Shown here: one piece after another, positions 1-9,765 of the stretch
Numbering within the stretch: position 1 is the stretch's first letter
Layout: each line of letters begins with the position of its first letter
From: Candidatus Eiseniibacteriota bacterium
Lineage (GTDB): Bacteria; Eisenbacteria; RBG-16-71-46
Direction of reading: 5' to 3'
DNA length: 64,000 bases
Assembly: GCA_963776245.1 (NCBI GenBank)
Contig: CAVZLN010000006.1
Location: 32,001 to 96,000 of the forward strand
Translations under genes and position numbers: made by a program
Notes under the pieces: model-generated
Databases searched by the model: none
Seen by the model: the letters and a program-made list of their open reading frames with translations, nothing else
Told to the model about the DNA's origin: nothing

Positions 1-332
1 GAGCCCGACCGCGAGGACAGGAACCAGATCGCGTCGCCATCCGCCGACCAGCGCGGATCGCTGGCCCCGGCCTCGTGGGTGGTGAGGCGGCGCGTCCCGC
101 TGCCGTCCGCGTTCACCAGCCACAGGCTGGAGCGCCGCCGGTTGTGCTCGAGGTCGGTGGCGCTGAGCACGTAGGCGATGCGCGTGCCGTCGGGCGAGAC
201 CTGGGGATCCGAGATGCGGTCCATCGCGAGCATGTCGTGGACCGTGAACGGATGGGACGTCGCGGCGGCGAACGCGACGCGCGCGATCAGGGCGGTCGAC
301 AGCAGCAGCAGCGACAGGACGAGGCGGCGCAT
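1..332 (-). CDS. S9-family (acylaminoacyl/dipeptidyl) peptidase, N-terminal part; runs off the window edge
   Basis: Translated by hand: MRRLVLSLLLLSTALIARVAFAAATSHPFTVHDMLAMDRISDPQVSPDGTRIAYV...RWSADG. Signal peptide followed by PD40-type propeller start typical of S9 peptidases; GGAGG RBS 8 nt upstream of ATG 332. Catalytic domain is not in the window. Confidence 0.7.
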   Translation of the reverse strand, partial: MRRLVLSLLLLSTALIARVAFAAATSHPFTVHDMLAMDRISDPQVSPDGTRIAYVLSATDLEHNRRRSSLWLVNADGSGTRRLTTHEAGASDPRWSADGDAIWFLSSRSG

Positions 333-610
333 GGAGACATCCTCCGGGGGTTGGCGATCGCGGGTACCGGTGCGCGGGCATCCTAGCGCGAGTCGGGCGC
401 CGGTGCACCGTCGAGCGCGCTGCGGCGCGACCCGCGCCGGTCCCGGGACGCGAGGGCCGGGGCATCCGTGCGTCCCGCCGCCGGTGGTGATAGTCTGATT
501 CCGACCCCCCGAAGCACCGGCGCCGGTCGGTTCCGTCACGCCGGCCCGGCTCGCGCAGTACCCTTCGAACCCCGTGCGTGTCGAGCGTGGGGTTCTTCCG
601 TTCTGGAGCC

Positions 611-1363
611 ATGATGCCCCGAAGGCTCGTCGACTGGGACACCGGCGAGATGCTCACCTCCGAGGAGGAGCTGATGATCGACGAACTCGAAGCCATGCTG
701 CGGCCGCCCGTGCTGCACATGGCCCCGTATCCCCCCAAGGCGATCACCCTCGCGAGCGGCGAGGTGATGGTGGTCCGCCAGGCCTCGGTCGACGAGGTCG
801 ACACGATGCTCAAGGTCATCCAGCCGCTCTCGTGGCTGAACCGCGACTACTACGACATCGTCTCGGCGCGCCTGTTCTCCGAGCTGCTGGGCTGGAAGAC
901 CTATCGCGTGCGCAACGAGTACTGCCTGGTCGGCGTCATCGACGGGGTGCTCGCCGGCATCGTCAACGGCCGGATGTTCGACGAGAAGCACGGGATCAGC
1001 TACCACACGCTCACGCTCAAGCGCGGGCTGCGGGTGGGCTCCCACCTGTTCGCGTCCAAGATGGAGCACCACATCGAGTACCTCGGCCAGGACGAGGTCT
1101 GGATCGTGGCCGAGAGCCCGATCGGGCACCGCCGGTGGATGATCGAGTACCCGCTGGACAAGAAGTTCGAGATCCAGCACGAGCTGGGCGGCGCGCCCTC
1201 GTGGGTGCTCAAGAAGGACGTCTACTACCGGGCCAAGGAGCGTCTGGTGACCGGCACGCGTCCGGTGTCCGCGGAACTGCTGGCGAAGTCCTACCCGATC
1301 CGCGAGCCGGACCTGCGCGTGATGCTCACCCAGATCGAGGACACGCTGGAGGCCCGCGTATGA
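611..1363 (+). CDS. Conserved hypothetical protein, probable GNAT-fold N-acetyltransferase
   Basis: ORF 578..1363, likely start ATG 611 or 614 after GGAG. GNAT-like pattern (VVRQAS..EV..., [27 protein letters not shown]). Stop overlaps the next ATG (ATGA). Confidence 0.6.
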   Translation: MMPRRLVDWDTGEMLTSEEELMIDELEAMLRPPVLHMAPYPPKAITLASGEVMVVRQASVDEVDTMLKVIQPLSWLNRDYYDIVSARLFSELLGWKTYRVRNEYCLVGVIDGVLAGIVNGRMFDEKHGISYHTLTLKRGLRVGSHLFASKMEHHIEYLGQDEVWIVAESPIGHRRWMIEYPLDKKFEIQHELGGAPSWVLKKDVYYRAKERLVTGTRPVSAELLAKSYPIREPDLRVMLTQIEDTLEARV

Positions 1364-2542
1364 GGCCGGTCGCGATCGTGGGTGTGGGCTCGACCCAGTT
1401 CGGCCGGGCACAGTGGAGCCTGCTCAAGATGATGTGCGAGGCGTCGCACGACGCGCTCGTGGACGGCGGGGTCGGCGATCGCAAGGTGGACGCGGTCTAC
1501 GTCGCCAACATGGGCGCCCCTCGCAACAACAAGATGGCCGGGCTCGCCAGCGCGCTGGTGGACCGGATGAACCTGTATCCCGCCGGCGCGGAGACCATCG
1601 AGAACGGGCCCGCCTCGGGCGCGTCGGCGCTCAAGCACGGCGTGCACGCCATCGCGTCGGGCCATTGCGACCTCGTGCTGGTGTGCGGCGGCGAGCGCAT
1701 GCAGGAGGTGAACAACTTCGAGGCCACCGAGTTCGTCTCGTACCTCTCGCACCGCTACGCCGAGTACGTGTACGGCGTCACCCTGCCGTCGCTGGCGGGG
1801 ATGTTCGCGCGCCTCTACATGGACCGCTACGGTGTCACGCCCGAGCACCTGGCGATGGTGGCGATCAAGAACCACGCGAACGGCGCGCTGAACAAGAAGG
1901 CCCACTTGCGCATCCCGATCACGATGGAGGGCATCCTCACGGGGCCCGACGCGTGGAACAACAACCCGTGGATCGCCGACCCGCTGCGCTTCTTCGATTG
2001 CTGCCCGGTGAGCGACGGCGCCTCGGCGGTGCTGCTCGCGCCGGCCGAGAAGGCGAAGGACTTCCACAAGAAGCCGGTGCTGGTGGCCGGAATCGGTCAG
2101 GCGACCGACACCCACGCGGTGCACGAGCGCGAGGATCCGACCGAGCTGACGGCGGTGCGCCTCGCGGCGCAGAAAGCGTTCGCGATGGCCGGCCGGCGCC
2201 GACGGACATCCAGGTCGCCGAGCTGCACGACGCCTTCACCATCCTCGAGATCGCGGAGAGCGAAGAGGCCGGGTTCTTCGCCCGGGGCGAGGGGCACAAG
2301 GCGCTCGAGCGCGGCGAGACCAAGATCGGCGGCCGCCTCCCGATCAACCCCTCGGGCGGCCTCAAGTCGAGCGGCCATCCGGTCGGCAACACCGGCGTTT
2401 CCCAGATCGTCGAGCTGGTCCTCCAGTTGCGCGGGGAGGCGGGCGATAGCAGGTCCCGAACCAGCCCCAGCACGGGTTCGCGGTCAACTTCGGTGGCTTC
2501 GGCAACAACGTGCTCGCCACCGTGCTCAAGCGGGGGGTGTGA
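1360..2542 (+). CDS. SCP2/Ltp2-type thiolase-fold protein; two frameshifts (about 2195 and 2455)
   Basis: [41 protein letters not shown], then in the next frame AELHDAFT and [18 protein letters not shown], then in the third frame [17 protein letters not shown]. About 394 aa if repaired. Confidence 0.85.
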
Positions 2543-2543
2543 C

Positions 2544-2882
2544 ATGCCACGCGACGTCGAAGCCGCGAAGTGCAGGAAGTGCGGCACGCTCTCCTACCCG
2601 ACCCACTTCTACTGCCGCTCGTGCAAGGGCACGAAGTTCGAGCCGGTGCCGGTCACGGGGGAAGGCAAGCTCCTCACCTGGACCAAGGTGTACGCGCTGC
2701 CGCTGGACTACGAGGATCTCTACATCACCCTCGGCATCGTCGAGCTCGACATGGGGGTGCGCGCCACCGGCCGGCTCGAGATGGCCGAGCCCCGCATCGG
2801 CGCGCGGGTGCGCGCCCGGGTCGGCAAGGTGCGCGAGACGGCCGGGAAGGACATCACGGGGCTGATCTTCAGCGCGGTATGA
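2544..2882 (+). CDS. Zn-ribbon OB-fold protein (DUF35/ChsH2-like), thiolase partner
   Basis: [14 protein letters not shown]...YCRSCKG (two CxxC), [13 protein letters not shown]-fold strand; directly after the thiolase. Confidence 0.9.
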   Translation: MPRDVEAAKCRKCGTLSYPTHFYCRSCKGTKFEPVPVTGEGKLLTWTKVYALPLDYEDLYITLGIVELDMGVRATGRLEMAEPRIGARVRARVGKVRETAGKDITGLIFSAV

Positions 2883-2994
2883 ACGCATGCGGTCCGCCTC
2901 GCCGCGACCGTCGTCGCGGCGAGGCCGGGCGGCTCTGGAGCGGCGCGCACCACGCCGGCACGGGCGCGCGGCGGCGCGCTCGCGGAGGATGGAC

Positions 2995-3855
2995 ATGAGC
3001 GGATTTCGTTACGAACGGCCGGAGAGCATCGCCGCGGCGACCGCGCTCCTCGCCGCGTCTCCCGGACGCGCCTGCGTGCTGGCCGGCGGGACCGACCTGA
3101 TGGTGGCGCTGCGCGCGGGCTCGGTGTGCCCCGACGTGGTCGTGGACATCAAGCGCATCCCGGGCCTCTCGGATCTCACCTGGGGCGCCGACGGAAGTCT
3201 CGCGATCGGCGCGTGCGTGATCGTGCAACGCGTCGCGGACGACCCGCGGCTGCGCGCCACGTTCCCGGCGCTCGCGGAGGGCGCCGCGGAGATCGGCTCG
3301 CTCCAGATCCGCTCCCGCGCCACCATCGCCGGGAACCTGGTGAACGCCTCGCCGTGCATGGACACCGCGCCCGGCCTGCTGGTCCACGACGCACGGCTGC
3401 GCATCGAGGGCCCGCGCGGCCGGCGCGAGGCGCCGCTGTCCGACTTCTTCGTCGGGGTGCGCCGGAACGCGCTCCTGCCGGGCGAGATGGTGACCGCAGT
3501 GGTGGTTCCCGCGCCCGCGAAGGACGTGCGCAGCGGCTTCGACAAGATCAAGCGCGTCTCGGGTCACGACCTCGCGCTGGTGAACGCGGCCGCCGCGTGG
3601 AGCCCCGCGGAGGCCACCCTGCGGGTCGCGATCGGATCGTGCGCGATCACCCCCGCGCTGGTGCCGGTGCTCGCCGGCGTGGGACCGGAAACCGATCCCG
3701 ACGACGCGGGACGCCGGCTCGGCGCCCTGGCGCTCCAGCACATCCAGCCCATCGACGACGTGCGCGCTTCGGCCGAGTACCGGCGCGACATGACGCTCGC
3801 GCTGTGCATGAGGCTCGCCCGGCGCCTGCTCGGCGGGCCGCGGAGATCGTCATGA
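2995..3855 (+). CDS. Xanthine dehydrogenase family FAD-binding subunit (CoxM/XdhB-like)
   Basis: LAGGTDL, QIRSRATIAGNLVNASP, PIDDVRASAEYR motifs; GGAGG RBS before ATG 2995. Confidence 0.92.
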   Translation: MSGFRYERPESIAAATALLAASPGRACVLAGGTDLMVALRAGSVCPDVVVDIKRIPGLSDLTWGADGSLAIGACVIVQRVADDPRLRATFPALAEGAAEIGSLQIRSRATIAGNLVNASPCMDTAPGLLVHDARLRIEGPRGRREAPLSDFFVGVRRNALLPGEMVTAVVVPAPAKDVRSGFDKIKRVSGHDLALVNAAAAWSPAEATLRVAIGSCAITPALVPVLAGVGPETDPDDAGRRLGALALQHIQPIDDVRASAEYRRDMTLALCMRLARRLLGGPRRSS

Positions 3856-6713
3856 AGACCTATCCGATCACCCTCACGATCAACGGCGAGAAGACGGCGC
3901 TCGAGGTGCCCGCCGGGCGCACGCTGCTCGAACTCCTCAAGGGCGAGCTGCACCAGCCGAGCGTGAAGGGCGGCTGCGGCATCGGCGAGTGCGGCCTCTG
4001 CACGGTGATCCTCGACGGCCTGCCGGTCAACGCCTGCCTGGTGATGGCGGCCGAGGTCGATGGTGCCGTGATCGAGACCGCCGAGGGCGCGATGCAGGAG
4101 CTGGGCGTGATGTCCGACCTGCAGCGGGCGTTCGTGGACTTCGGCGCGGTGCAGTGCGGCTTCTGCACTCCGGGCATGCTCAATTCCGCGCGCGCCCTCC
4201 TGCAGCGGACCCCGCGACCGACGCGCGAGCAGATCGTCGAGGCGCTGGCCGGGAACTACTGCCGGTGCACCGGCTACGAGCCGCTGGTGGACGCGGTCGA
4301 AGCGGTGGCGCGCGGCGGGTACACCGCGGCGGCCCCGCTGGCGTCGCCGTACGTCGGCGGCGCCGCGAATCGCGTGGACGCGGCGGCCAAGGTGACCGGC
4401 TCCGCGACCTTCGTGCACGACATGGTCCTGCCGGGGATGCTGCACGCGCGCATCCTGACCTCGCCGCACGCGTCGGCGCGCATCCGCGCGATCGACACCT
4501 CGAAGGCGCGCCGGATGCCGGGCGTGCGCGCGGTGCTGACCGGGGCCGACCTGCCGTACAAGGTCGGACTCTACATGGAGGACAAGGACATCCTCGCGCG
4601 CGGCGTCGTGCGCCACCAGGGCGAAGCGGTGGCCGCGGTGGCCGCGGACACCGTGGCGCAGGCGAGCGCGGCGTGCGCGGCGATCGAGGTGGACTACGAA
4701 GGGCTCGAGCCGCTCACCGACGTCCACCAGGCCCTCGCCGAGGGCGCGCGTCAGGTGCACCCCGGGATCGCGGACTACTCGTGGATGAAGGGCGTGTTCT
4801 TCCCGGAGCCCGGCAAGAACGTCGCCCACCATCAGAAGATCCGCAAGGGGGACATCGAGAAGGGCATGGCCGCGGCCGACCGCGTGTTCGAGTTCCACTT
4901 CGAGAATCCCCCCGCGCCCCACGTGCCGATGGAGACCCACACCGCGATCGCCACCGCGCGCGGCGATGGCGAGGTGGAGATCATCACTTCCGCCCAGTCC
5001 CCGTTCGCGGTGCGTCATCTGTTCTGCCACGCGTTCGCGATGCCGCTGCACAAGGTGCGGGTGAAGGTCCCGTACGTGGGCGGCGGCTTCGGCGGCAAGG
5101 CGGGGATCCATCTGGAGCCGCTGGTGTACTGCCTGTCGAAGGCCGCGCGCGGGCGCCCGGTCAAGATCGTGGCTTCGCGCGAGGAGGAGTTCAACACCCT
5201 CCCCTCCCGCCAGGGGCTCTCGAGCGTCATCAAGACCGGCGTGACGAAGGATGGCCGGCTGGTGGCGCTCGACGTCACCTACCTGTGGGACGCCGGCGCC
5301 TACGCGGACTACGGCGTCAACATCGGCCGCGCCGCCGCCTACGCGGGGGCCGGTCCGTACGTGGTGCCGCATTGCCGGGTGGACTCGCTGGTGGTGTACA
5401 CCAACAAGGTGTTCGGCACCGCGTACCGCGGCTTCGGCCATCTCGAGGTGCTGTGGGGGATCGAGCGCAACATGGACCTGGTGGCGCACGCGCTCGGCAT
5501 GGACCCGGTGGAGTTCCGCCGCAGGAACCTGCTGCGCGTCGGCGAGACCACCATCACCGGCGAGCTGTTCACCGAGGGCCACGGGCGCCCCGAGGAGTGC
5601 CTGCGGCTGGTGTCCGAGGGAATCGGCTGGGATCCCGCGCAGCGGGCGGCGCGCCCGGTCAAGCCCGGCAGCGGGAAGGTGCGCGCAAAGGGCATCGCGA
5701 TGCTCCACAAGGCGCCCGCCATGCCCACCTTCACCTCGAGCTCGGCCACCATCCTGTTCAACGGCGACGGTTCCGCGAACGTGCTGGTCTCGGGCGTGGA
5801 TTACGGGCAGGGCACGTACACGACGTTCGCGCAGATCGCGGCGGACGAGCTGAGGATCCCGCTCGAGAAGGTGCGCGTGCCGTGGGACAGCGATACCGAC
5901 TACACGCCGTACGACTGGCAGACGGTGGCGAGCCGTCTCACGGTGATGGGCGGCAACGCCATCATCATGGCGGCGAAGGAATGCATGGACCAGATCCGCG
6001 CCACCGCCGGCGCCGCGCTGCACGCGGCGCCCGAGATGATCGAGTGCGGGAACGGCAGGGCGTGGGTCCGGGGCCGGCCCGGCACGGCGCTGGACTACAG
6101 CCAGCTCGTGCTCGGGTACGTGTTCCCCGACGGCTCGAGCATCGGGGGCCCGGTGATCGGCAAGGGCCGCTACATCGCGACCGGGCTCACCAATCTCGAT
6201 CCCCAGACCGGACAGGGCCTGCCCGCGCTCAACTGGACCTACGGCGCGCACGCGGTGGACGTCGAGGTCGACACCGACACCGGTCACATCCGCGTGCTCA
6301 AGGTGGTCTCGGCGTTCGACGTCGGCCGGGTGCTCAACGCCCAGCAGGCGAAGGCGCAGGTGGTGGGCGGCGTGGTGCAGGGAGTGGGCTCGGCGGTGAT
6401 CGAGAAACTGGTGTTCGAGGACGGGCGCATGCTGAACAACTCGTTCGTCGATCTCAAGATCCCGACCGCCAAGGACGTCCCCACCGAGATGGTGCAGCTG
6501 TTCGTCGAGACGCCACACCCGCAGGGCCCCTATGGCGCGCGCGGGCTGGCCGAGCACCCGATGATCTCGATCCCGAGCGCGATCGGGAACGCGGTCGCCA
6601 ACGCGACCGGCGTCGAGTTCTTCGAGCTGCCCCTCGATCCCGAGCGCGTCTATCTCACACTCAAGCGGGCGGCCGCTGCGCCGAAGCCGGCGCTCAGCGC
6701 CACGCACCGGTAG
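3852..6713 (+). CDS. Xanthine dehydrogenase family molybdopterin subunit fused to an N-terminal 2x[2Fe-2S] domain
   Basis: GCGIGECGLC..C, QCGFCTPG, NYCRCTGY; then GGGFGGK, AYRGFG, QVVGGVVQG, GARGLAEHP. 953 aa. Confidence 0.93.
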   Translation: MKTYPITLTINGEKTALEVPAGRTLLELLKGELHQPSVKGGCGIGECGLCTVILDGLPVNACLVMAAEVDGAVIETAEGAMQELGVMSDLQRAFVDFGAVQCGFCTPGMLNSARALLQRTPRPTREQIVEALAGNYCRCTGYEPLVDAVEAVARGGYTAAAPLASPYVGGAANRVDAAAKVTGSATFVHDMVLPGMLHARILTSPHASARIRAIDTSKARRMPGVRAVLTGADLPYKVGLYMEDKDILARGVVRHQGEAVAAVAADTVAQASAACAAIEVDYEGLEPLTDVHQALAEGARQVHPGIADYSWMKGVFFPEPGKNVAHHQKIRKGDIEKGMAAADRVFEFHFENPPAPHVPMETHTAIATARGDGEVEIITSAQSPFAVRHLFCHAFAMPLHKVRVKVPYVGGGFGGKAGIHLEPLVYCLSKAARGRPVKIVASREEEFNTLPSRQGLSSVIKTGVTKDGRLVALDVTYLWDAGAYADYGVNIGRAAAYAGAGPYVVPHCRVDSLVVYTNKVFGTAYRGFGHLEVLWGIERNMDLVAHALGMDPVEFRRRNLLRVGETTITGELFTEGHGRPEECLRLVSEGIGWDPAQRAARPVKPGSGKVRAKGIAMLHKAPAMPTFTSSSATILFNGDGSANVLVSGVDYGQGTYTTFAQIAADELRIPLEKVRVPWDSDTDYTPYDWQTVASRLTVMGGNAIIMAAKECMDQIRATAGAALHAAPEMIECGNGRAWVRGRPGTALDYSQLVLGYVFPDGSSIGGPVIGKGRYIATGLTNLDPQTGQGLPALNWTYGAHAVDVEVDTDTGHIRVLKVVSAFDVGRVLNAQQAKAQVVGGVVQGVGSAVIEKLVFEDGRMLNNSFVDLKIPTAKDVPTEMVQLFVETPHPQGPYGARGLAEHPMISIPSAIGNAVANATGVEFFELPLDPERVYLTLKRAAAAPKPALSATHR

Positions 6714-6729
6714 GCAGGGCGAGGAGCAC

Positions 6730-8286
6730 GTGATCGACGCCTTCGTGCTGGTGCGCCGCGACGCGTACCAGGATTCGGTGCTCCTCATGCGGCTCTCCGA
6801 GGCGCTGCGCGGACTGCCGGGCGTCGAGGACGCGGTGGTAGCGATGGGCACGCCTCACAACCGCGAACTGCTCGAGACCCAGGGCTACGGCGGCGCTGCG
6901 CTCACGGGCGCCTCCCCCAACGACCTCGTGATCGCGGTGAAGGGCGGCCCCGACGCGCCCCCCGCCGTGGAGGCCGAGCTCGAGCGCCTGCTGCGGGCCG
7001 GCTCGGGTGGCGGCGCCGAGGAGAGAGCGCGCGTGTCCTCGGTGGCCGCAGCGGTCCGCCAGCACCCCGAGGCGAATCTGGTGCTCATCTCGGTGCCGGG
7101 CGAGCACGCGGCGCGCGAGGCGCGGCGCGCGCTGGCGCTCGGCCGGCACGTCATGCTGTTCTCGGACAACGTGGCGCTGGCGGACGAAGTCGCGCTCAAG
7201 CGCGACGCCGTGGCGCGCGGGCTCCTGATGATGGGGCCCGACTGCGGCACCGCGATCGTCAACGGGATGCCGCTGGGGTTCGCCAACGCGGTGCGCCGCG
7301 GTCCGGTCGGGATCGTGGGCGCGGCCGGCACCGGCATCCAGGAGGTCTCCAGCTGCATCCACCGCCTCGGGAGCGGGGTGTCCCAGGCGATCGGCACCGG
7401 CGGCCGCGACCTGACCCAGGCGGTGGAAGGGCTCATGACGCGCCTCGGCATCGCGGCGCTGGCGGACGATCCCGCGACGCGCGTGATCGTGGTGATCTCC
7501 AAGCCTCCCGCCCCCGCCGTGGCCGAGCGGGTCATCGCCGCGCTCGCAGCCACCCCCAAGCCCTGCGTGGTGCATTTCGTCGGCGACGCGCCGCGCCCCG
7601 ACGACGCCTCGCACGGGATCGCCTTCGCCGACTCGCTCGCCGGCGCGGCCGAGGCCGCCTGCCGGCTCGCGGGAGTGCCGGTGCCCCCTCCCTCCGCTCC
7701 CGCGCCCGAGGCCGCCCGGGCCGCGGCGCTGGCGGCGCGCCTCGCGCCCCGCGCGCGGCTGCGCGCGCTGTTCTGCGGCGGCACCACCGGGCAGGAGGCG
7801 CTGGCGATGCTCGGCCGCGCCGGGCTCGAGGTGCGCTCGAACCTGCACAAGGGGGGCGCGCTGCGTATCGACGGCAGTGAGCTGGGGGCACCCGCCGATG
7901 GCGGCTCGGGGCACGTGCTGCTCGACCTCGGGGACGACCTGTTCACCCGCGGCCGGCCCCATCCCATGATCGAGCCCGCGCTCCGCAACGAGCGCCTCGC
8001 GCTCGAGGTCGCGGATCCCGCGGTGGGCCTGCTGCTCTTCGATTGCGTGATCGGCTACGGATCGCACGCCGACCCGGCGGGGGTGCTCGCCGCCGGCGTG
8101 CGCGAGGCGCGCGCGCGCGCCGCCCCGCGGGCGCTGGTCGCCATCGCGTCGGTCACCGGCACGGCCGACGATCCGCAGGACTTCCAGGCCCAGGTCCGGG
8201 CACTGGAGGCGGCGGACGTGGTCGTCGCCCCCGACAACCGCGCCGCCGCGGCGCTCGCCGCCGCGGTGCTCCGGAGGATCGGGTGA
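6730..8286 (+). CDS. fdrA: FdrA/AllF/YahF family protein (succinyl-CoA-synthetase-alpha-like; oxamate carbamoyltransferase subunit homolog)
   Basis: YQDSVLLM, VMLFSDNV, MMGPDCGTA, AIGTGGRDL, LFCGGT, DLGDDLFTRGRPHPMIEP, IGYGSHADPA. Confidence 0.9.
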   Translation: MIDAFVLVRRDAYQDSVLLMRLSEALRGLPGVEDAVVAMGTPHNRELLETQGYGGAALTGASPNDLVIAVKGGPDAPPAVEAELERLLRAGSGGGAEERARVSSVAAAVRQHPEANLVLISVPGEHAAREARRALALGRHVMLFSDNVALADEVALKRDAVARGLLMMGPDCGTAIVNGMPLGFANAVRRGPVGIVGAAGTGIQEVSSCIHRLGSGVSQAIGTGGRDLTQAVEGLMTRLGIAALADDPATRVIVVISKPPAPAVAERVIAALAATPKPCVVHFVGDAPRPDDASHGIAFADSLAGAAEAACRLAGVPVPPPSAPAPEAARAAALAARLAPRARLRALFCGGTTGQEALAMLGRAGLEVRSNLHKGGALRIDGSELGAPADGGSGHVLLDLGDDLFTRGRPHPMIEPALRNERLALEVADPAVGLLLFDCVIGYGSHADPAGVLAAGVREARARAAPRALVAIASVTGTADDPQDFQAQVRALEAADVVVAPDNRAAAALAAAVLRRIG

Positions 8287-9728
8287 TGGACACGCGCAAG
8301 GTGCTCGATCTGTTCGGCGCCGAGCTGGCGGTGGTGAACGCGGGGCTCGGCTCGTTCGCGCACGACCTGCGCCGCGCCGGGGGCACCGCCATCGAGGTGG
8401 ACTGGCGTCCGCCCGCCGGCGGGGATCCCGCGGTGTGCGAGGCGCTCGACCGCTGCTTCGGTCCCGACGGCGGGGTGCGCGCCGACGTGGCAGCCGCCAC
8501 CCGCGAGTCGGTGGACCGTCTGCTGCGGGCGAAACCGGTGATCGCGGGGATCGGCCGCGCCCTCGACGTCATCCCGGGAATGCGCCAGGAGCTGGTCCTC
8601 CACTCCGGTCCGCCGGTCGAGTGGTCGCGCATGAGCGGACCGACGCGCGGCGCCGTGATGGGCGGACTGGTGTACGAGGGGCTCGCCGCCGACCCCGACG
8701 AGGCCGCCGCGCTCGCCGCGTCCGGGCGCATCGCGTTCGCGCCCTGCCACCATCACCAGACCGTGGGCCCGATGGCGGGGATCGTCACCGCGTCGATGCC
8801 GGTGTGGATCCTCGAGAACGAGGCGTTCGGCAATCGCGCCTTCAGCACCCTCAACGAAGGCCTCGGCAAGGTGCTGCGCTACGGGGCCTACGACGCCGAG
8901 GTGATCGAGCGCCTGCGCTGGATGGAACGCGTGCTCGCGCCGCTGCTGGCCCGGACGTTCGAACGCATGGGCCGCTTCGACCTGCGGTCGCTGATCGCGC
9001 AGGCCCTGCAGATGGGCGACGAGGTCCACAATCGCAACCGCGCCGCCACCTCGCTGCTGATCCGCGCGCTCGCGCCGCACCTGGTGGCGCTCGAAGCCCC
9101 TTCCGGCGATGTCGCGGCGGCGCTCCGGTTCCTCGATTCGAACGACCACTTCTTCCTCAACCTGTCGATGGCGGCGTGCAAGAGCGCGCTCGATCCCGCC
9201 GCCGGCATCGCCGGCTCGAGCATGATCACGGTGATGGCGCGCAACGGGACCGACTTCGGCGTGCAGGTGTCGGCGCTGCCGGGCCGCTGGTTCACCGCCC
9301 CGGCCCCGATGGTGGACGGGCTCTACCTGCCCGGGTTCACCGCCGCCGACGCGGCTCCCGACATCGGCGACTCGGTCATCACCGAGACCGCCGGCCTCGG
9401 CGGCATGGCGATGGCCGCGGCGCCCGCGATCGTGCAGTTCGTGGGCGGCACCGCCGCCCAGGCGCTGGGGACCACCCGGCGCATGTACGAGATCACCCTC
9501 GCCGAACATCCGGCCTACCGGATCCCGGCGCTCGACTTCCGCGGCACCGCGACCGGCATCGACCTGCTCAAGGTGGTCGAGACCGGCGTGGTCCCGGTGG
9601 TCAACACCGGCATCGCCCACAAGACGCCCGGCGTCGGAATGGTCGGCGCCGGGCTGGTGAAGCCCCCATTCGAGTGTTTCCGCGACGCGCTGCTCGCGTT
9701 CACCGACGCCCTCGGGGCCGGCGCGTAG
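8286..9728 (+). CDS. ylbE: YlbE/YahG/AllG family protein (DUF1116)
   Basis: VDWRPPAGGD, LHSGPP, PCHHHQTVGPMAG, LNEGLGKVLRYGAY, QMGDEVHNRN, ARNGTDFG, DIGDSVITE, NTGIAHK. Confidence 0.9.
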   Translation: MDTRKVLDLFGAELAVVNAGLGSFAHDLRRAGGTAIEVDWRPPAGGDPAVCEALDRCFGPDGGVRADVAAATRESVDRLLRAKPVIAGIGRALDVIPGMRQELVLHSGPPVEWSRMSGPTRGAVMGGLVYEGLAADPDEAAALAASGRIAFAPCHHHQTVGPMAGIVTASMPVWILENEAFGNRAFSTLNEGLGKVLRYGAYDAEVIERLRWMERVLAPLLARTFERMGRFDLRSLIAQALQMGDEVHNRNRAATSLLIRALAPHLVALEAPSGDVAAALRFLDSNDHFFLNLSMAACKSALDPAAGIAGSSMITVMARNGTDFGVQVSALPGRWFTAPAPMVDGLYLPGFTAADAAPDIGDSVITETAGLGGMAMAAAPAIVQFVGGTAAQALGTTRRMYEITLAEHPAYRIPALDFRGTATGIDLLKVVETGVVPVVNTGIAHKTPGVGMVGAGLVKPPFECFRDALLAFTDALGAGA

Positions 9729-9765
9729 CGCGCGACGCTACCCGCGGCCCCTTCCCGGAGGACCC

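Noticed and set aside
333..610. Possible Moco or other riboswitch upstream of the Mo-enzyme operon (hairpin GAACCCC...GGGGTTC at about 567-595)
   Set aside because: Only one modest hairpin, and I could not match a known riboswitch consensus by eye. An Rfam cmscan would be needed.
2185..2465. Programmed ribosomal frameshifting in the thiolase-fold gene or iorA
   Set aside because: No slippery sequence or stimulatory structure at the shift sites; similar indels are scattered over unrelated genes.
3564..6851. Very long antisense and alternate-frame ORFs (e.g. 3564..6851 -, 49630..53181 -, 52998..55940 -, 3989..6733 +)
   Set aside because: Shadow ORFs of real genes in high-GC DNA where stop codons are rare; Arg/Gly/Ala/Pro-rich, with no motifs.
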